Counted from the first letter of the stretch, positions 7,648 through 17,296 are shown. The stretch: DNA of 64,000 nucleotides from an uncultured Pseudomonadota bacterium (GCA_963758955.1 CAVWXO010000009.1:27525-91524), one strand, 5' to 3'. Notes: generated by a model from the letters alone, not told the origin. Numbers and translations: made by a program.

Positions 7648-9033
7648 ATGCCGACTCGCGCCCGCACCGCCGCCGAACACCCCGCCCTCGCCGCGCTGCG
7701 CAAGGAGGGCCACACCAAGGTCAAAGTTGCCGTCAGCGACATCGACGGCATCCTGCGCGGCAAGGTCCTGCACAAGGACAAGTTCTTCGGTGCCGCGCAA
7801 GCCCATCCGGACGGCGGCTTCGGCTTCTGCGACGTGGTCTTCGGCTGGGACGCGCACGACGTCTGCTACGACAACACCCAGGTCACCGGCTGGCAGCACG
7901 GCTTCCCCGACGCGCTGGCGCGGCTGGACCTGGGCACCGCGCGGCGCGTGCCCTGGGACGGCGGCGTGCCCTTCTTCCTGGGCGAGTTCGTCAACGCCGA
8001 CGGCAGCCCCTACCCGGTGTGCCCGCGGCAGACGCTGCAGCGTGTGCTGCGGCGGGCCGAGAAGCTGGGCTTCGCGCCGATGGCCGGCATGGAGTTCGAG
8101 TGGTTCAACTTCGCCGAGACGCCGCAGAGCTGGGCGGCCAAGCGCGGTGTCGGGCCCGAGCCGATCACGCCCGGCATGTTCGGCTATTCGCTGCTGCGCA
8201 TGGCCGACCAACGCGGCTTCTTCAATGCGCTGATGGACGAGATGCTGGCCTTCGGCGTGCCGATCGAGGGCCTGCACACCGAGACCGGCCCCGGCGTCTA
8301 CGAAGCGGCCATCGCCTTCAGCGGTGCGCTGGAACAGGCCGACCGCGCGATCCTGTTCAAGACCGGCGCCAAGGAGATCGGCAAGCGCTTCGGCGTGATG
8401 CCCAGCTTCATGGCCAAGTGGAGCCAGGCCTACCCGGGCTGCAGCGGGCACATCCACCAGAGCCTCTCCGACGGCAAGAGCAACCTGTTCTACGACGCGA
8501 AAAGCCCGCGGCGCATGAGCAAGCTGTTCGAGAGCTACCTGGCCGGCCAGGTGGCCTGCATGATGGAGTTCGCACCGCTGATCTGGCCCACCATCAACAG
8601 CTACAAGCGGCTGGTCGACGGCTTCTGGGCGCCGGTCAAGCCCACCTGGGGCATCGACAACCGCACGGCCAGCTTCCGCGTCATCGCCGGCAGCCCGAAG
8701 AGCACTCGGCTGGAAACACGCTGCCCCGGCGCCGACGTGAACCCGTACCTGGCGATGGCCGCGGTCATCGCCGCGGGCCTGCACGGCGTGGAGAAGGGCC
8801 TGAAGCTCAGCGCGCCGCCGATCACCGGCACCAACCAGGGCGCCGAGCACATTCCGCGCGCGCCGCGCACGCTGATCGAGACGACGCGCGTCTTCCGCGA
8901 ATCGGCCATCGCCCGCGACTGGCTGGGCGACACCTTCGTGGACCATTTCGCGGCCACGCGCGAATGGGAATGGCGCCAGTGGCAGGACGGCGTCACGGAT
9001 TGGGAGCTGAAGCGATACTTCGAAATCATCTGA
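7648..9033 (+). CDS. Glutamine synthetase-like gamma-glutamyl-amine ligase
   Basis: SDIDGILRGK, GMEFEW, HTETGPGVYE, GCSGHIHQSL, NSYKRL, DNRT, RLETRCPGADVNPY; neighbours (C26 hydrolase, ADH, ALDH) fit glutamylation rather than ammonia assimilation. Confidence 0.88.
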   Translation: MPTRARTAAEHPALAALRKEGHTKVKVAVSDIDGILRGKVLHKDKFFGAAQAHPDGGFGFCDVVFGWDAHDVCYDNTQVTGWQHGFPDALARLDLGTARRVPWDGGVPFFLGEFVNADGSPYPVCPRQTLQRVLRRAEKLGFAPMAGMEFEWFNFAETPQSWAAKRGVGPEPITPGMFGYSLLRMADQRGFFNALMDEMLAFGVPIEGLHTETGPGVYEAAIAFSGALEQADRAILFKTGAKEIGKRFGVMPSFMAKWSQAYPGCSGHIHQSLSDGKSNLFYDAKSPRRMSKLFESYLAGQVACMMEFAPLIWPTINSYKRLVDGFWAPVKPTWGIDNRTASFRVIAGSPKSTRLETRCPGADVNPYLAMAAVIAAGLHGVEKGLKLSAPPITGTNQGAEHIPRAPRTLIETTRVFRESAIARDWLGDTFVDHFAATREWEWRQWQDGVTDWELKRYFEII

Positions 9034-9047
9034 AGGAGGGGAGCCCA

Positions 9048-9455
9048 ATGCAAAAGGCCGCATGCATGCTGGGTCTGCTTGTCGCGCTGCCCGCGCTGGC
9101 GCAGCAGAGCCCCAACGACGTGGAGATGCTGAAGAAGTACGCCGGCAGCTGGGCCGTGGACTGCGCCAAGCCGGGCACTCGCCTGGGGGTCGACGTCAAG
9201 GCCTTGACCCTCAGCAGCGGTGGCAAGCAAGTCAGCAGCAGCGCAGCGCCGCTGGCCGCCTTCAGCTACTTCGGCCAGCAGAACCCTCCCGCGGGCTTCG
9301 ACGCCGCGCTGCTGGGTGAAGGCCGCGGCACCAGCCTGAGCTTCCTGGCGATGAAGGACGCCTCCGGCCCCTACCTGACCATCGATGCCGACGGCCCTCT
9401 GGTCAAACAATTCGGCCAAAAGGCCCTTTCCGGCAAATTCAGACGCTGCCCATGA
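9048..9455 (+). CDS. Hypothetical exported protein, 135 aa
   Basis: Strong RBS AAGGAGG; signal peptide MQKAACMLGLLVALPALA; ATGA overlap with next gene. Confidence 0.75.
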   Translation: MQKAACMLGLLVALPALAQQSPNDVEMLKKYAGSWAVDCAKPGTRLGVDVKALTLSSGGKQVSSSAAPLAAFSYFGQQNPPAGFDAALLGEGRGTSLSFLAMKDASGPYLTIDADGPLVKQFGQKALSGKFRRCP

Positions 9456-10585
9456 GCATCACTCGCTTCGCCTTCCCCACCCCCATCCACTTCGGCGCCG
9501 GCGCGCGCAAGCTCGTCGCCGCGCACCTGATGGAAGCCGGCTGCAAGCGGCCGCTGATCGTCACCGACCGTGGGCTGTCCGCTCTGCCGGTGCTGGCCGA
9601 GTTCCGCTCGCACCTGGCGCCGCTGGATGCGGTGGTGTTCGACGGCGTGTTCGGCAACCCCACCTGCGCCCAGGTGATGGCCGGCGCCAAGGCCTTCAAG
9701 CTGCACGGCGCCGACTGCATCATCGGCTTTGGCGGCGGTGCGGCACTCGACGTGGCCAAGGTGGTGGGCGTGGCCGCCACGCACGAGGGCGACATCCTCG
9801 ACTACGTCTGGGACCACCCGCAGGTGCGGCCGATCGAGCACGCGTTGCCGTACATGGTGGCGCTGCCCACCACCGCCGGTACCGGCTCGGAAGTGGGCCG
9901 CTCGTCGGTGGTCAGCGAAAACGACACGCACAAGAAGCGCACGGTGTTCAGCCCGAAGATCCTGGCCCGTGCGGTGTTCGCCGACCCCGAGCTGACGCTG
10001 GTGCTGCCAGCGGCGATCACTGCGGCCACCGGCATGGACGCGCTGACCCACAACATCGAGAGCTACCTGTCGCCGGCCTACCACCCGATGTGCGAAGGCA
10101 TCGCGCTGGAGGGCCTGCGCATCGGCGCGCGCGCGCTGGCCACCGCGGTGGCCGAGCCGGGCAACCTGCAGGCCCGCGCCGACATGATGATGAGCTCGAT
10201 GATGGGCGCGGTGGCCTTCCAGAAGGACCTGGGCGGCGTACATGCCTGCGCGCACGCGCTGGGCGCCGTCTGCGACCTGCACCACGGCCTGGCCAACGCG
10301 CTGATGATCGACACCGTGCTGGCGTGGAACCACGAGGCCGTGCCCGTCAAGTTCGACGAACTGGCCCATGCCGCGGGCCTGAGCGGCGGCGGCGCTGCCT
10401 TCGTGCCGTGGCTGAAGAGCCTGAAGCAGCAGATCGGCATCACCGGCGGCCTGGCGCAGCGCGGCGTGACGCTGGATCACCTGCCGCGGCTGGTGCCGCT
10501 GGCGCACACCGATTTCACCAGCCAGACCAACCCGCGGCCGGTCACCGAGGCCGACTACGAGCGGCTGTTCCGCCAGGCGATGTGA
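9452..10585 (+). CDS. Iron-containing alcohol dehydrogenase
   Basis: GFGGGAALDVAK, PTTAGTGSE, GMDALTHNIE, HACAH, HHGLAN motifs. Confidence 0.92.
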   Translation: MSITRFAFPTPIHFGAGARKLVAAHLMEAGCKRPLIVTDRGLSALPVLAEFRSHLAPLDAVVFDGVFGNPTCAQVMAGAKAFKLHGADCIIGFGGGAALDVAKVVGVAATHEGDILDYVWDHPQVRPIEHALPYMVALPTTAGTGSEVGRSSVVSENDTHKKRTVFSPKILARAVFADPELTLVLPAAITAATGMDALTHNIESYLSPAYHPMCEGIALEGLRIGARALATAVAEPGNLQARADMMMSSMMGAVAFQKDLGGVHACAHALGAVCDLHHGLANALMIDTVLAWNHEAVPVKFDELAHAAGLSGGGAAFVPWLKSLKQQIGITGGLAQRGVTLDHLPRLVPLAHTDFTSQTNPRPVTEADYERLFRQAM

Positions 10586-10586
10586 G

Positions 10587-11387
10587 ATGTCCTTCCGTCG
10601 ACCCTGGCTGCTGATCGGCGTCTCGGCGCGCATCTACTATCCCGAAGGCCCGGTGCTGGACCTGGGCGGCGTTTGGACGAAGACGCTGCACTACCTGGAG
10701 CAATCGGTGGCGCACTGGATGATGCGCGGCGGTGCACTGCCGGTGATGGTGCCGGCGGTGGATGCCGACAGCATCGTCCAGCGCAGCGAGATCGAGCTCG
10801 CCCACTATGCCGAGGCGCTGGACGGCCTGGTGCTGCAGGGCGGCAACGACCTGGCGCCCGAAAGCTACGGCGAGACGCCGCTCAAGCCCGAATGGGCCGG
10901 CGACCGCGTGCGCGACCGCTACGAGATGGAGCTGGTGCAGGCCTTCCTGGCCGCGCGCAAGCCAGTGTTCGGCATCTGCCGCGGCTTCCAGCTGCTGAAC
11001 GTGATGCACGGCGGCACGCTGCTGCAGGACATCCCGACGCAGCGGCCCGAGTCGCGGGCGCACCGCGACGGGCCGAGCTACGAGCGCCACTTCCACGACA
11101 TCGAGATCATCGAGGGCTCGCGGCTGGCGCAGCTGTATCCCGGGCAGCGCCGCGCCAAGGTGAACAGCATCCACCACCAGGGCATCAAGGACCTGGCACC
11201 CGGCTTCGACATCGAGGCGCGCTGCCCCGACGACGGCATGATCGAAGCCATCCGCAAGCGCGGCCCCGGCTACCTGGCCGCCGTGCAGTGGCACCCCGAG
11301 TTCCACGACACCGAGCACGGCAGCTTCGACGACGGCGCACTGCTGGCCGAGTTCCTGGCCGCAGCGCGCGCCGCCCGCAACGACTGA
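10587..11387 (+). CDS. Gamma-glutamyl-gamma-aminobutyrate hydrolase family (peptidase C26, PuuD-like)
   Basis: GLVLQGGND, GICRGFQ nucleophile, VNSIHHQ, AVQWHPE triad. Confidence 0.9.
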   Translation: MSFRRPWLLIGVSARIYYPEGPVLDLGGVWTKTLHYLEQSVAHWMMRGGALPVMVPAVDADSIVQRSEIELAHYAEALDGLVLQGGNDLAPESYGETPLKPEWAGDRVRDRYEMELVQAFLAARKPVFGICRGFQLLNVMHGGTLLQDIPTQRPESRAHRDGPSYERHFHDIEIIEGSRLAQLYPGQRRAKVNSIHHQGIKDLAPGFDIEARCPDDGMIEAIRKRGPGYLAAVQWHPEFHDTEHGSFDDGALLAEFLAAARAARND

Positions 11388-11394
11388 ACAACCC

Positions 11395-12768
11395 ATGCCC
11401 ACGCTGAAGATCCACAACCCCGCCACCGGTGCACTGCTCGCCGAACCCAACGCCGACGACGCCGCCAGCGTGGCCGCCAAGGCCGCCGCCGCGCGCGCCG
11501 CCCAGCCCGCCTGGGCGGCCGTGCCGCTGGCCGAGAAGCTGGCCGTGGTGCAGCGCTTCCGTGCCGGCGTCGTCGCCGAACTCGACGCGCTGGCCGCCAC
11601 GCTGACGATGGAGATGGGCAAGCCCATTGCCCAAGCCCGCAACGAGCTCAACGGCCTGCTGCCGCGAATCGACTTCTTCCTGGAGCAGACCGAAGGTTCG
11701 GTCCGCGACGAGCATGTGTTCGACGGCGGCGGCATGCACGAGCAGATCACGCACATCCCGCTGGGCGTGGTAGCCAACATCTCGGCCTGGAACTACCCGT
11801 GGTTCGTCGGCTGCAACGTCATCGTGCCGGCGCTGCTGACCGGCAACGCCGTGCTCTACAAGCCCAGCGAACATGCCACGCTGACCGGCCTGCACATCAC
11901 CCGGCTGCTGCATGCCGCCGGCGTGCCGGCCGCGGTGATGCAGTGCCTGGTGGGCGCCGGCGAGGTGGGCAGCGCACTGCTGGCGCAGCGGCTGGACGGC
12001 GTGTTCTTCACCGGCAGCCATGCCACCGGCGTGCGCATCGCGCAGGCGGTGGCACCCAAGCTGCTGAAGCTGCAGCTCGAGCTCGGCGGCAAGGACCCGG
12101 TCTACGTGCGCGCCGACGCCGACCCGCTGGCCGCCGCCGAAGGCCTGGCCGACGGCGCCATGTACAACACCGGCCAGAGCTGCTGCTCGGTCGAGCGCAT
12201 CTACGTGCACGAGAGCCTGCACGACGCCTTCGTCGAGCGCTTCGTCGCCACGGTGAAGGGCATGCGCATGGGCGACCCACTGCAGGCCGACACCTACATC
12301 GGCGCGGTGACCCGCGCGCCGCAGCTGGCCGTGCTGCAGGCCCAGGTGGACGATGCCGTGGCCAAGGGCGCCACGCTGCATTGCGGCGGGCGCAGCCGGC
12401 CCGGCCCGGGCCACTGGTTCGAGCCCACCGTGCTGACCGGCGTCAACCACACGATGGAAGTGATGCGCGAGGAAAGCTTCGGCCCGATCATCGGCATCCA
12501 GAAGGTGCGCGGCGACGACGAAGCCGTGGCGCTGATGAACGACACCCGCTACGGCCTCACCGCCGGCATCTACACCCGCGACGAGGCGAAGGCGCGCGAG
12601 CTGCTGGCCCAGGTGAACGCCGGCACCGTGTACTGGAACTGCTGCGACCGCGTCAGCCCGCGACTGCCCTGGTCGGGTCATGGCGATTCGGGCGTGGGCC
12701 TGACGCTGTCCACCTACGGCATCCAGGCCTTCACCCGGCCGAAGGCCTGGCACCTGCGACAGCCCTAG
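11395..12768 (+). CDS. Aldehyde dehydrogenase
   Basis: WNYP, KPSE, FTGS, LELGGKD, GQSCC, EESFGP motifs. Confidence 0.93.
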   Translation: MPTLKIHNPATGALLAEPNADDAASVAAKAAAARAAQPAWAAVPLAEKLAVVQRFRAGVVAELDALAATLTMEMGKPIAQARNELNGLLPRIDFFLEQTEGSVRDEHVFDGGGMHEQITHIPLGVVANISAWNYPWFVGCNVIVPALLTGNAVLYKPSEHATLTGLHITRLLHAAGVPAAVMQCLVGAGEVGSALLAQRLDGVFFTGSHATGVRIAQAVAPKLLKLQLELGGKDPVYVRADADPLAAAEGLADGAMYNTGQSCCSVERIYVHESLHDAFVERFVATVKGMRMGDPLQADTYIGAVTRAPQLAVLQAQVDDAVAKGATLHCGGRSRPGPGHWFEPTVLTGVNHTMEVMREESFGPIIGIQKVRGDDEAVALMNDTRYGLTAGIYTRDEAKARELLAQVNAGTVYWNCCDRVSPRLPWSGHGDSGVGLTLSTYGIQAFTRPKAWHLRQP

Positions 12769-13431
12769 ATGCGGCTGACCCTCTTCGACCTGGACCACAC
12801 GCTGCTCGACGGCGACAGCGACCAGCTGTGGTGCGAGTTCCTGATGGACCGTGGCGAGCTGCCGCGCGAGCCCTTCGAGACGCTCAACCGCGACATGGCG
12901 CAGGACTATGCGGCCGGCGAGGTCAGCGCGCAGACCTTCTGCAACTTCTACATCGGCACGCTGGCCGGGCGCAGCGCCGCCGACTGGCAGGCCTTGCGCC
13001 GCGACTTCATCGACAGCCGCGTCGTGCCGCGAATCGGCACAGCGGCGCAGGAGCTGGTCGCACGGCACCGTGACGCCGGCGATCTGGTGCTGCTGACCAC
13101 CGCCACCTGCCGATTCCTCAGCGAACTGACCGCCGTGCACCTGGGCATCGCCCAGCTGATTGCCACCGAATGCGAGACCGGGCCCGACGGCCGCTTCACC
13201 GGCCGCAGCCTGGGCGTGCTCAACATGCGCGAGGGCAAGGTGCAACGTCTGCACGACTGGCTGGCGCGCCAGCAGCTGGACCTGCTGGAGCTGGACTCCA
13301 CGCTGTACACCGATTCGTTCAACGACCTGCCGCTGCTCGCTGCCGTCAGGCGCGCCGTGGCGGTCGACCCCGATCCGCGCCTGGCCGCCGAGGCGGCGCA
13401 GCGCGGCTGGCCGGTGATCTCTCTGCGCTGA
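12769..13431 (+). CDS. HAD-IB family phosphatase (SerB/histidinol-phosphatase-like)
   Basis: FDLDHTL motif I, GKV, YTDSFNDLPLL motif IV; starts immediately after the ALDH stop. Confidence 0.85.
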   Translation: MRLTLFDLDHTLLDGDSDQLWCEFLMDRGELPREPFETLNRDMAQDYAAGEVSAQTFCNFYIGTLAGRSAADWQALRRDFIDSRVVPRIGTAAQELVARHRDAGDLVLLTTATCRFLSELTAVHLGIAQLIATECETGPDGRFTGRSLGVLNMREGKVQRLHDWLARQQLDLLELDSTLYTDSFNDLPLLAAVRRAVAVDPDPRLAAEAAQRGWPVISLR

Positions 13432-13434
13432 AGC

Positions 13435-13770
13435 GTGGGCAGGTCAAAGGACACCGAGCTGCCGCTGCTGGTGGTGACCACGGTCGGCACCCGCGAGCAG
13501 GCACTGGCCCTGGGGCGCGAGATGGTCGAGCGCCGGCTTGCCGCTTGCGCGCAGCTCAGCGCCATCGACAGCGTCTACCGCTGGCAGGGCGCGGTCGAGC
13601 AGGACGCCGAGTTCCGCCTGCTGCTGAAGACGCGGCCGTCGCGATACGCAGCCCTCGAGGCCGCGCTGCGCCAACATCACCCCTACGAGCTGCCGGCGAT
13701 CCATGCCATCGCCACGGTGCAGGCCGATGCGGCCTACGCCGAGTGGGTGCGCAGCAGTTGCGACGGCTGA
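13435..13770 (+). CDS. cutA: Divalent-cation tolerance protein CutA
   Basis: RLAACAQ...SVYRWQG...E..LLLKT...HPYELP. Confidence 0.9.
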   Translation: MGRSKDTELPLLVVTTVGTREQALALGREMVERRLAACAQLSAIDSVYRWQGAVEQDAEFRLLLKTRPSRYAALEAALRQHHPYELPAIHAIATVQADAAYAEWVRSSCDG

Positions 13771-13843
13771 TTCGCGCCCCGCTGCAGGGGCCACCGATTC
13801 CGTGGCATCGTTGCGGCCTTGCCGCTTCACCGGAGCCCACGCG

Positions 13844-14674
13844 ATGCGCAACCCGCTGCTTGCCTTTGCCGCCCTGCTGGCGCTGCTGGCGCCGCCGCTG
13901 CAGGCGGCCGAGCTGCCGATCTTCGACGCTCATGTGCACTACAGCCACGATGCCTGGGACAACCTGCCGCCCAAGGATGCGGTGGCCCTGCTGCGCAAGG
14001 CCGGGCTGAAGCGCGCGCTGGTCTCCAGCTCGGGCGACGCCGGCACGCAGCGGCTGGTGGCCGAGGCGCCGGACCTGATCGTGCCGTCGCTGCGGCCCTA
14101 CCGCTCGCGCGGCGAGATCGGCAGCTGGGTGCGCGATGACAGCGTGGTCGCCTTCCTCGAAGAGCGGCTGCGCAATGCGCGTTACGCCGCGGTCGGCGAG
14201 TTCCATCTCTACGGTGCCGATGCCGAGCTGCCGGTGCCGCGACGCATGGTGGCGCTGGCCAAGCAGCACCAGCTGGTGCTGCATGCGCATTCCGATGCCG
14301 ACGCCATTGAGCGGCTGTTCAGGCAGGACCCGCAGGCGCGTGTGCTGTGGGCACACTCCGGCTTCGACCGGCCGGAGAAGGTGGCCGAGCTGCTGCGCAA
14401 GCACAAGAACCTGTGGTGCGACCTGGCCTTCCGCAGCGAGCATGGCGGCGGCGGCAAGGTGCCGGCCGAATGGCGAACACTGTTCACGGAGTTCCCTGAG
14501 CGCTTCATGGTCGGCACCGACACCTTCACGCCCGAGCGCTGGCACTACGTGGTCGAACATGCCCAATGGACCCGCGCCTGGCTGGCCGATCTGCCGCCGC
14601 CGCTGGCCGAACGCATCGCCTGGCGCAATGCCGAGGCGCTGTTCTCGTTCTGGAAGGCAGGCAACGCGCAATGA
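13844..14674 (+). CDS. Exported metal-dependent amidohydrolase (TIM barrel, amidohydro_2/TatD-like)
   Basis: Signal peptide; IFDAHVHY, GEFH, LHAHSD, WAHSG, FMVGTD metal-ligand pattern. Confidence 0.8.
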   Translation: MRNPLLAFAALLALLAPPLQAAELPIFDAHVHYSHDAWDNLPPKDAVALLRKAGLKRALVSSSGDAGTQRLVAEAPDLIVPSLRPYRSRGEIGSWVRDDSVVAFLEERLRNARYAAVGEFHLYGADAELPVPRRMVALAKQHQLVLHAHSDADAIERLFRQDPQARVLWAHSGFDRPEKVAELLRKHKNLWCDLAFRSEHGGGGKVPAEWRTLFTEFPERFMVGTDTFTPERWHYVVEHAQWTRAWLADLPPPLAERIAWRNAEALFSFWKAGNAQ

Positions 14675-15075
14675 GCCGACGGGCCGCGCTCGCGCTGCTG
14701 GCGGCCATGGCCGGCCCGGCCTGGGCCTGCGGGGACAGCCTGGGCAGCGGCGCGCGGCGCATCGAGGACGAACAGTTCCTGCTGGTCTACAAGCTGCAGC
14801 CCGACCCTGTGCCGGTGGGCCGGCATTTCGGCATCGACTTTGAACTGTGCGCGCGCGGCGCGGCGGAGCTGCCCGGCGAGGTGCGCGTCGATGCGCAGAT
14901 GCCCGAGCACAAGCACGGCATGAACTACCGCCCGAGCGTGGTGCCGCGCAGCCCGGGGCGGTACCGCGCCGAGGGCCTGATGTTCCATATGCCCGGACGC
15001 TGGGAGCTGAGCTTCGAGCTGCGCAGCCCGGGCGTGGCGCCGAAGCGGCTGGTGCAGTCGCTGCAGATCGGGTGA
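14671..15075 (+). CDS. Exported YtkA/FixH-like Ig-fold protein with MPxHxHGM motif
   Basis: Signal peptide; VDAQMPEHKHGMNYRP...GRYRAEGLMFHMPGRWEL; 4-nt overlaps on both sides. Confidence 0.7.
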   Translation: MSRRAALALLAAMAGPAWACGDSLGSGARRIEDEQFLLVYKLQPDPVPVGRHFGIDFELCARGAAELPGEVRVDAQMPEHKHGMNYRPSVVPRSPGRYRAEGLMFHMPGRWELSFELRSPGVAPKRLVQSLQIG

Positions 15076-16223
15076 AGCGGCGCCGTCGGCTCGGGGCGGC
15101 GCTGGTGGCGCTGGGGGTCGGCGCCGCGCTGGCCGAGCCGCTGGTCTCGCCGCTGAGCAACGACGACCTGCCGCGTATCGTCGCCCATGGCCCCTGGCCG
15201 CCGCCGCCGGTGCACGATCCGTCGAACCGTGTGTCCGCCCGGCCAGCGGCCATCGGCTATGGCGCGGCACTGTTCCACGAGGCGCGGCTGTCGCGCAACG
15301 GCAGCCTGTCCTGCGCCAGCTGCCATCAGCCGACGCGCGGCTTCAGCGACGGTCGGCCACGCGCCGCCGGCCTGCAGGGCGGCACGCGCAACACGCCGGG
15401 GCTGGACAACGTCGCCCAGCAGCGCTGGTTCGGCTGGGATGGCGCCAACGACAACCTGTGGGCGCAGAGCCTGAGGCCGCTGCTCGATGGGCGCGAGATG
15501 GGCAGCAGCCTGGCGCAGGTGGCGCGCACCGTACGCAGCGACCCAGGGCTGCGCGAGGGCTACCGCCGCGTCTTCGGCAGTGAGCCGGGCAGCGACGACG
15601 AGGTCGTCGCCGTCGACGTGGCCAAGGCCCTGGCCGCCTACCAGGAGACGCTGGTCTCGCCACGCACGCCTTTCGACGAGTTCCGCGACGCGGTGGCACG
15701 CGGCGACCGCCAGGCCGCGGCCGTCTACCCCGCGGCGGCGCAGCGCGGGCTGGCGCTGTTCCTCGGCCGCGGGCGCTGTTATGTCTGCCACGGTGGGCCG
15801 ACCTTCAGCAACGGCGAGTTCAGCGACATCGGCCGGCCCTTCTTCATCGGCCGCGGCCAGGTCGACCCCGGCCGCCATGGCGGCATCCAGTCGCTGCTGA
15901 GCAGCCGCTACAACCTGCTTGGCCCGTTCAACGACGACACGGCGCGCAGCAGCGCCACCAGCACGCGCCATGTGCTGCTGGAACATCGCCACTTCGGCGA
16001 ATTCAAGGTGCCCAGCCTGCGCAACCTGGCACTCACCGCACCGTACATGCACGACGGCAGCCTGAAGACGCTGCGCGAGGTGCTGCGCCACTACTCCGAA
16101 CTGGACGAGGACCGGCTGCATGCCGACGGCGAACGCATCCTGGTGCCGCTGCGCCTGAGCGAGCGAGAGACCGAGGATCTGCTGGCCTTCCTGGACAGCC
16201 TGAACGCGCCGCCCGGGCGCTAG
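15072..16223 (+). CDS. Di-heme cytochrome c peroxidase / MauG family protein
   Basis: Signal peptide; CASCH and CYVCH heme motifs; RNTP, WFGWDG, FKVPSLRNLALTAPYMHDGS. Confidence 0.9.
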   Translation: MKRRRRLGAALVALGVGAALAEPLVSPLSNDDLPRIVAHGPWPPPPVHDPSNRVSARPAAIGYGAALFHEARLSRNGSLSCASCHQPTRGFSDGRPRAAGLQGGTRNTPGLDNVAQQRWFGWDGANDNLWAQSLRPLLDGREMGSSLAQVARTVRSDPGLREGYRRVFGSEPGSDDEVVAVDVAKALAAYQETLVSPRTPFDEFRDAVARGDRQAAAVYPAAAQRGLALFLGRGRCYVCHGGPTFSNGEFSDIGRPFFIGRGQVDPGRHGGIQSLLSSRYNLLGPFNDDTARSSATSTRHVLLEHRHFGEFKVPSLRNLALTAPYMHDGSLKTLREVLRHYSELDEDRLHADGERILVPLRLSERETEDLLAFLDSLNAPPGR

Positions 16224-16251
16224 CATGCGCCCAGCGAGAAAGGGCACTCCG

Positions 16252-16896
16252 ATGAACGACACCCTCCCCCAGAGTTTCGGCATCCTGCTCTTCGACGGTG
16301 TCGAGGAACTCGACTTCGTCGGCCCCTGGGAGATGCTGCGCATGTGGAGCCTGTATGCAGGCGGACCCAGGGACAACCTGCTGGTCGCCCAGACGCGTTC
16401 GCCGGTGCTGTGCGCCAAGGGCATGTCGGTCAACCCGCAGGTCGACTTCGCCGATTGCCCGCCGCTGGACGTGCTGCTGGTGCCCGGCGGGCAAGGCACG
16501 CGGCGCGAGGTCGGCAACCCGGTGCTGCGGGAGTTCGTTCGCCGCCAGGCCGAGCGCTGCTCGATGCTGATGTCGGTGTGCAGCGGCGCCTTCGTGCTGC
16601 ATGCCGCCGGGCTGCTGGCAGGACGCCAAGCCACCACGCACTGGGCCTTGCTGCCGCAGTTGCGCGAGCTGGGCGACGTGCAGGTGCTCGAGCATCGCCA
16701 TGTGCGCGATGGCCAGGTCTGGACCTCGGCCGGCGTCTCGGCCGGAATCGACATGACCCTGGCCTACATCGCCGCGGTGGCTGGCGAGGAGGCCGCCGGC
16801 AAGGTGCAGCTCAGCGCCGAGTACTACCCGAGCCACCAGCGCTACGGCTCGCAGGCCAGCGACCCGCGCGCGCCGGGCTATGTGCGCGATGCCTGA
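16252..16896 (+). CDS. DJ-1/PfpI family protein
   Basis: LLFDGVEELDFVGP, LLVPGG, SVCSGA nucleophile, TSAGVSAGID. Confidence 0.88.
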   Translation: MNDTLPQSFGILLFDGVEELDFVGPWEMLRMWSLYAGGPRDNLLVAQTRSPVLCAKGMSVNPQVDFADCPPLDVLLVPGGQGTRREVGNPVLREFVRRQAERCSMLMSVCSGAFVLHAAGLLAGRQATTHWALLPQLRELGDVQVLEHRHVRDGQVWTSAGVSAGIDMTLAYIAAVAGEEAAGKVQLSAEYYPSHQRYGSQASDPRAPGYVRDA

Positions 16897-17296
16897 ACCC
16901 GGCCGCTTCGACACGCTGCACGCGAGCCAGGCGTTCAGCGTCAATGCGCCGGACGGCTCGCACGTGCAGGTGCTGCTGCGGCTGCAGGGTGGGAGCATGG
17001 CCACCTTCACGCTGCAGCCGGGCCAGGTGTCGGTGGCAGTACGTCACCGCACGGTGGAAGAACTCTGGTACGTGGTGTCGGGTCGCGGCCGCATGTGGCG
17101 GCGCGATGCGGTGTGCGAGGAAGACACTGCGCTCGAACCCGGCCTGTGCCTGAGCGTGCCGCTGGGCACGGCCTTCCAGTTCCGCTGCGAAGGCGATGCA
17201 CCGCTGGTCGCAGTGGCGGTGACCATGCCGCCGTGGCCAGGCGACGACGAAGCACTGCCTGCCTACGGGCCCTGGCCGACCCGCGTCAGCCGATAG
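16889..17296 (+). CDS. Cupin domain protein
   Basis: HRTVEELWYVVSGRG...VPLGTAFQFR...MPPWPG. Confidence 0.8.
   Translation: MPEPGRFDTLHASQAFSVNAPDGSHVQVLLRLQGGSMATFTLQPGQVSVAVRHRTVEELWYVVSGRGRMWRRDAVCEEDTALEPGLCLSVPLGTAFQFRCEGDAPLVAVAVTMPPWPGDDEALPAYGPWPTRVSR

Noticed and set aside
7648-9033. Housekeeping glnA
   Set aside because: Operon context points to a gamma-glutamyl-amine ligase, and I did not see the GSI-beta adenylylation-site motif.
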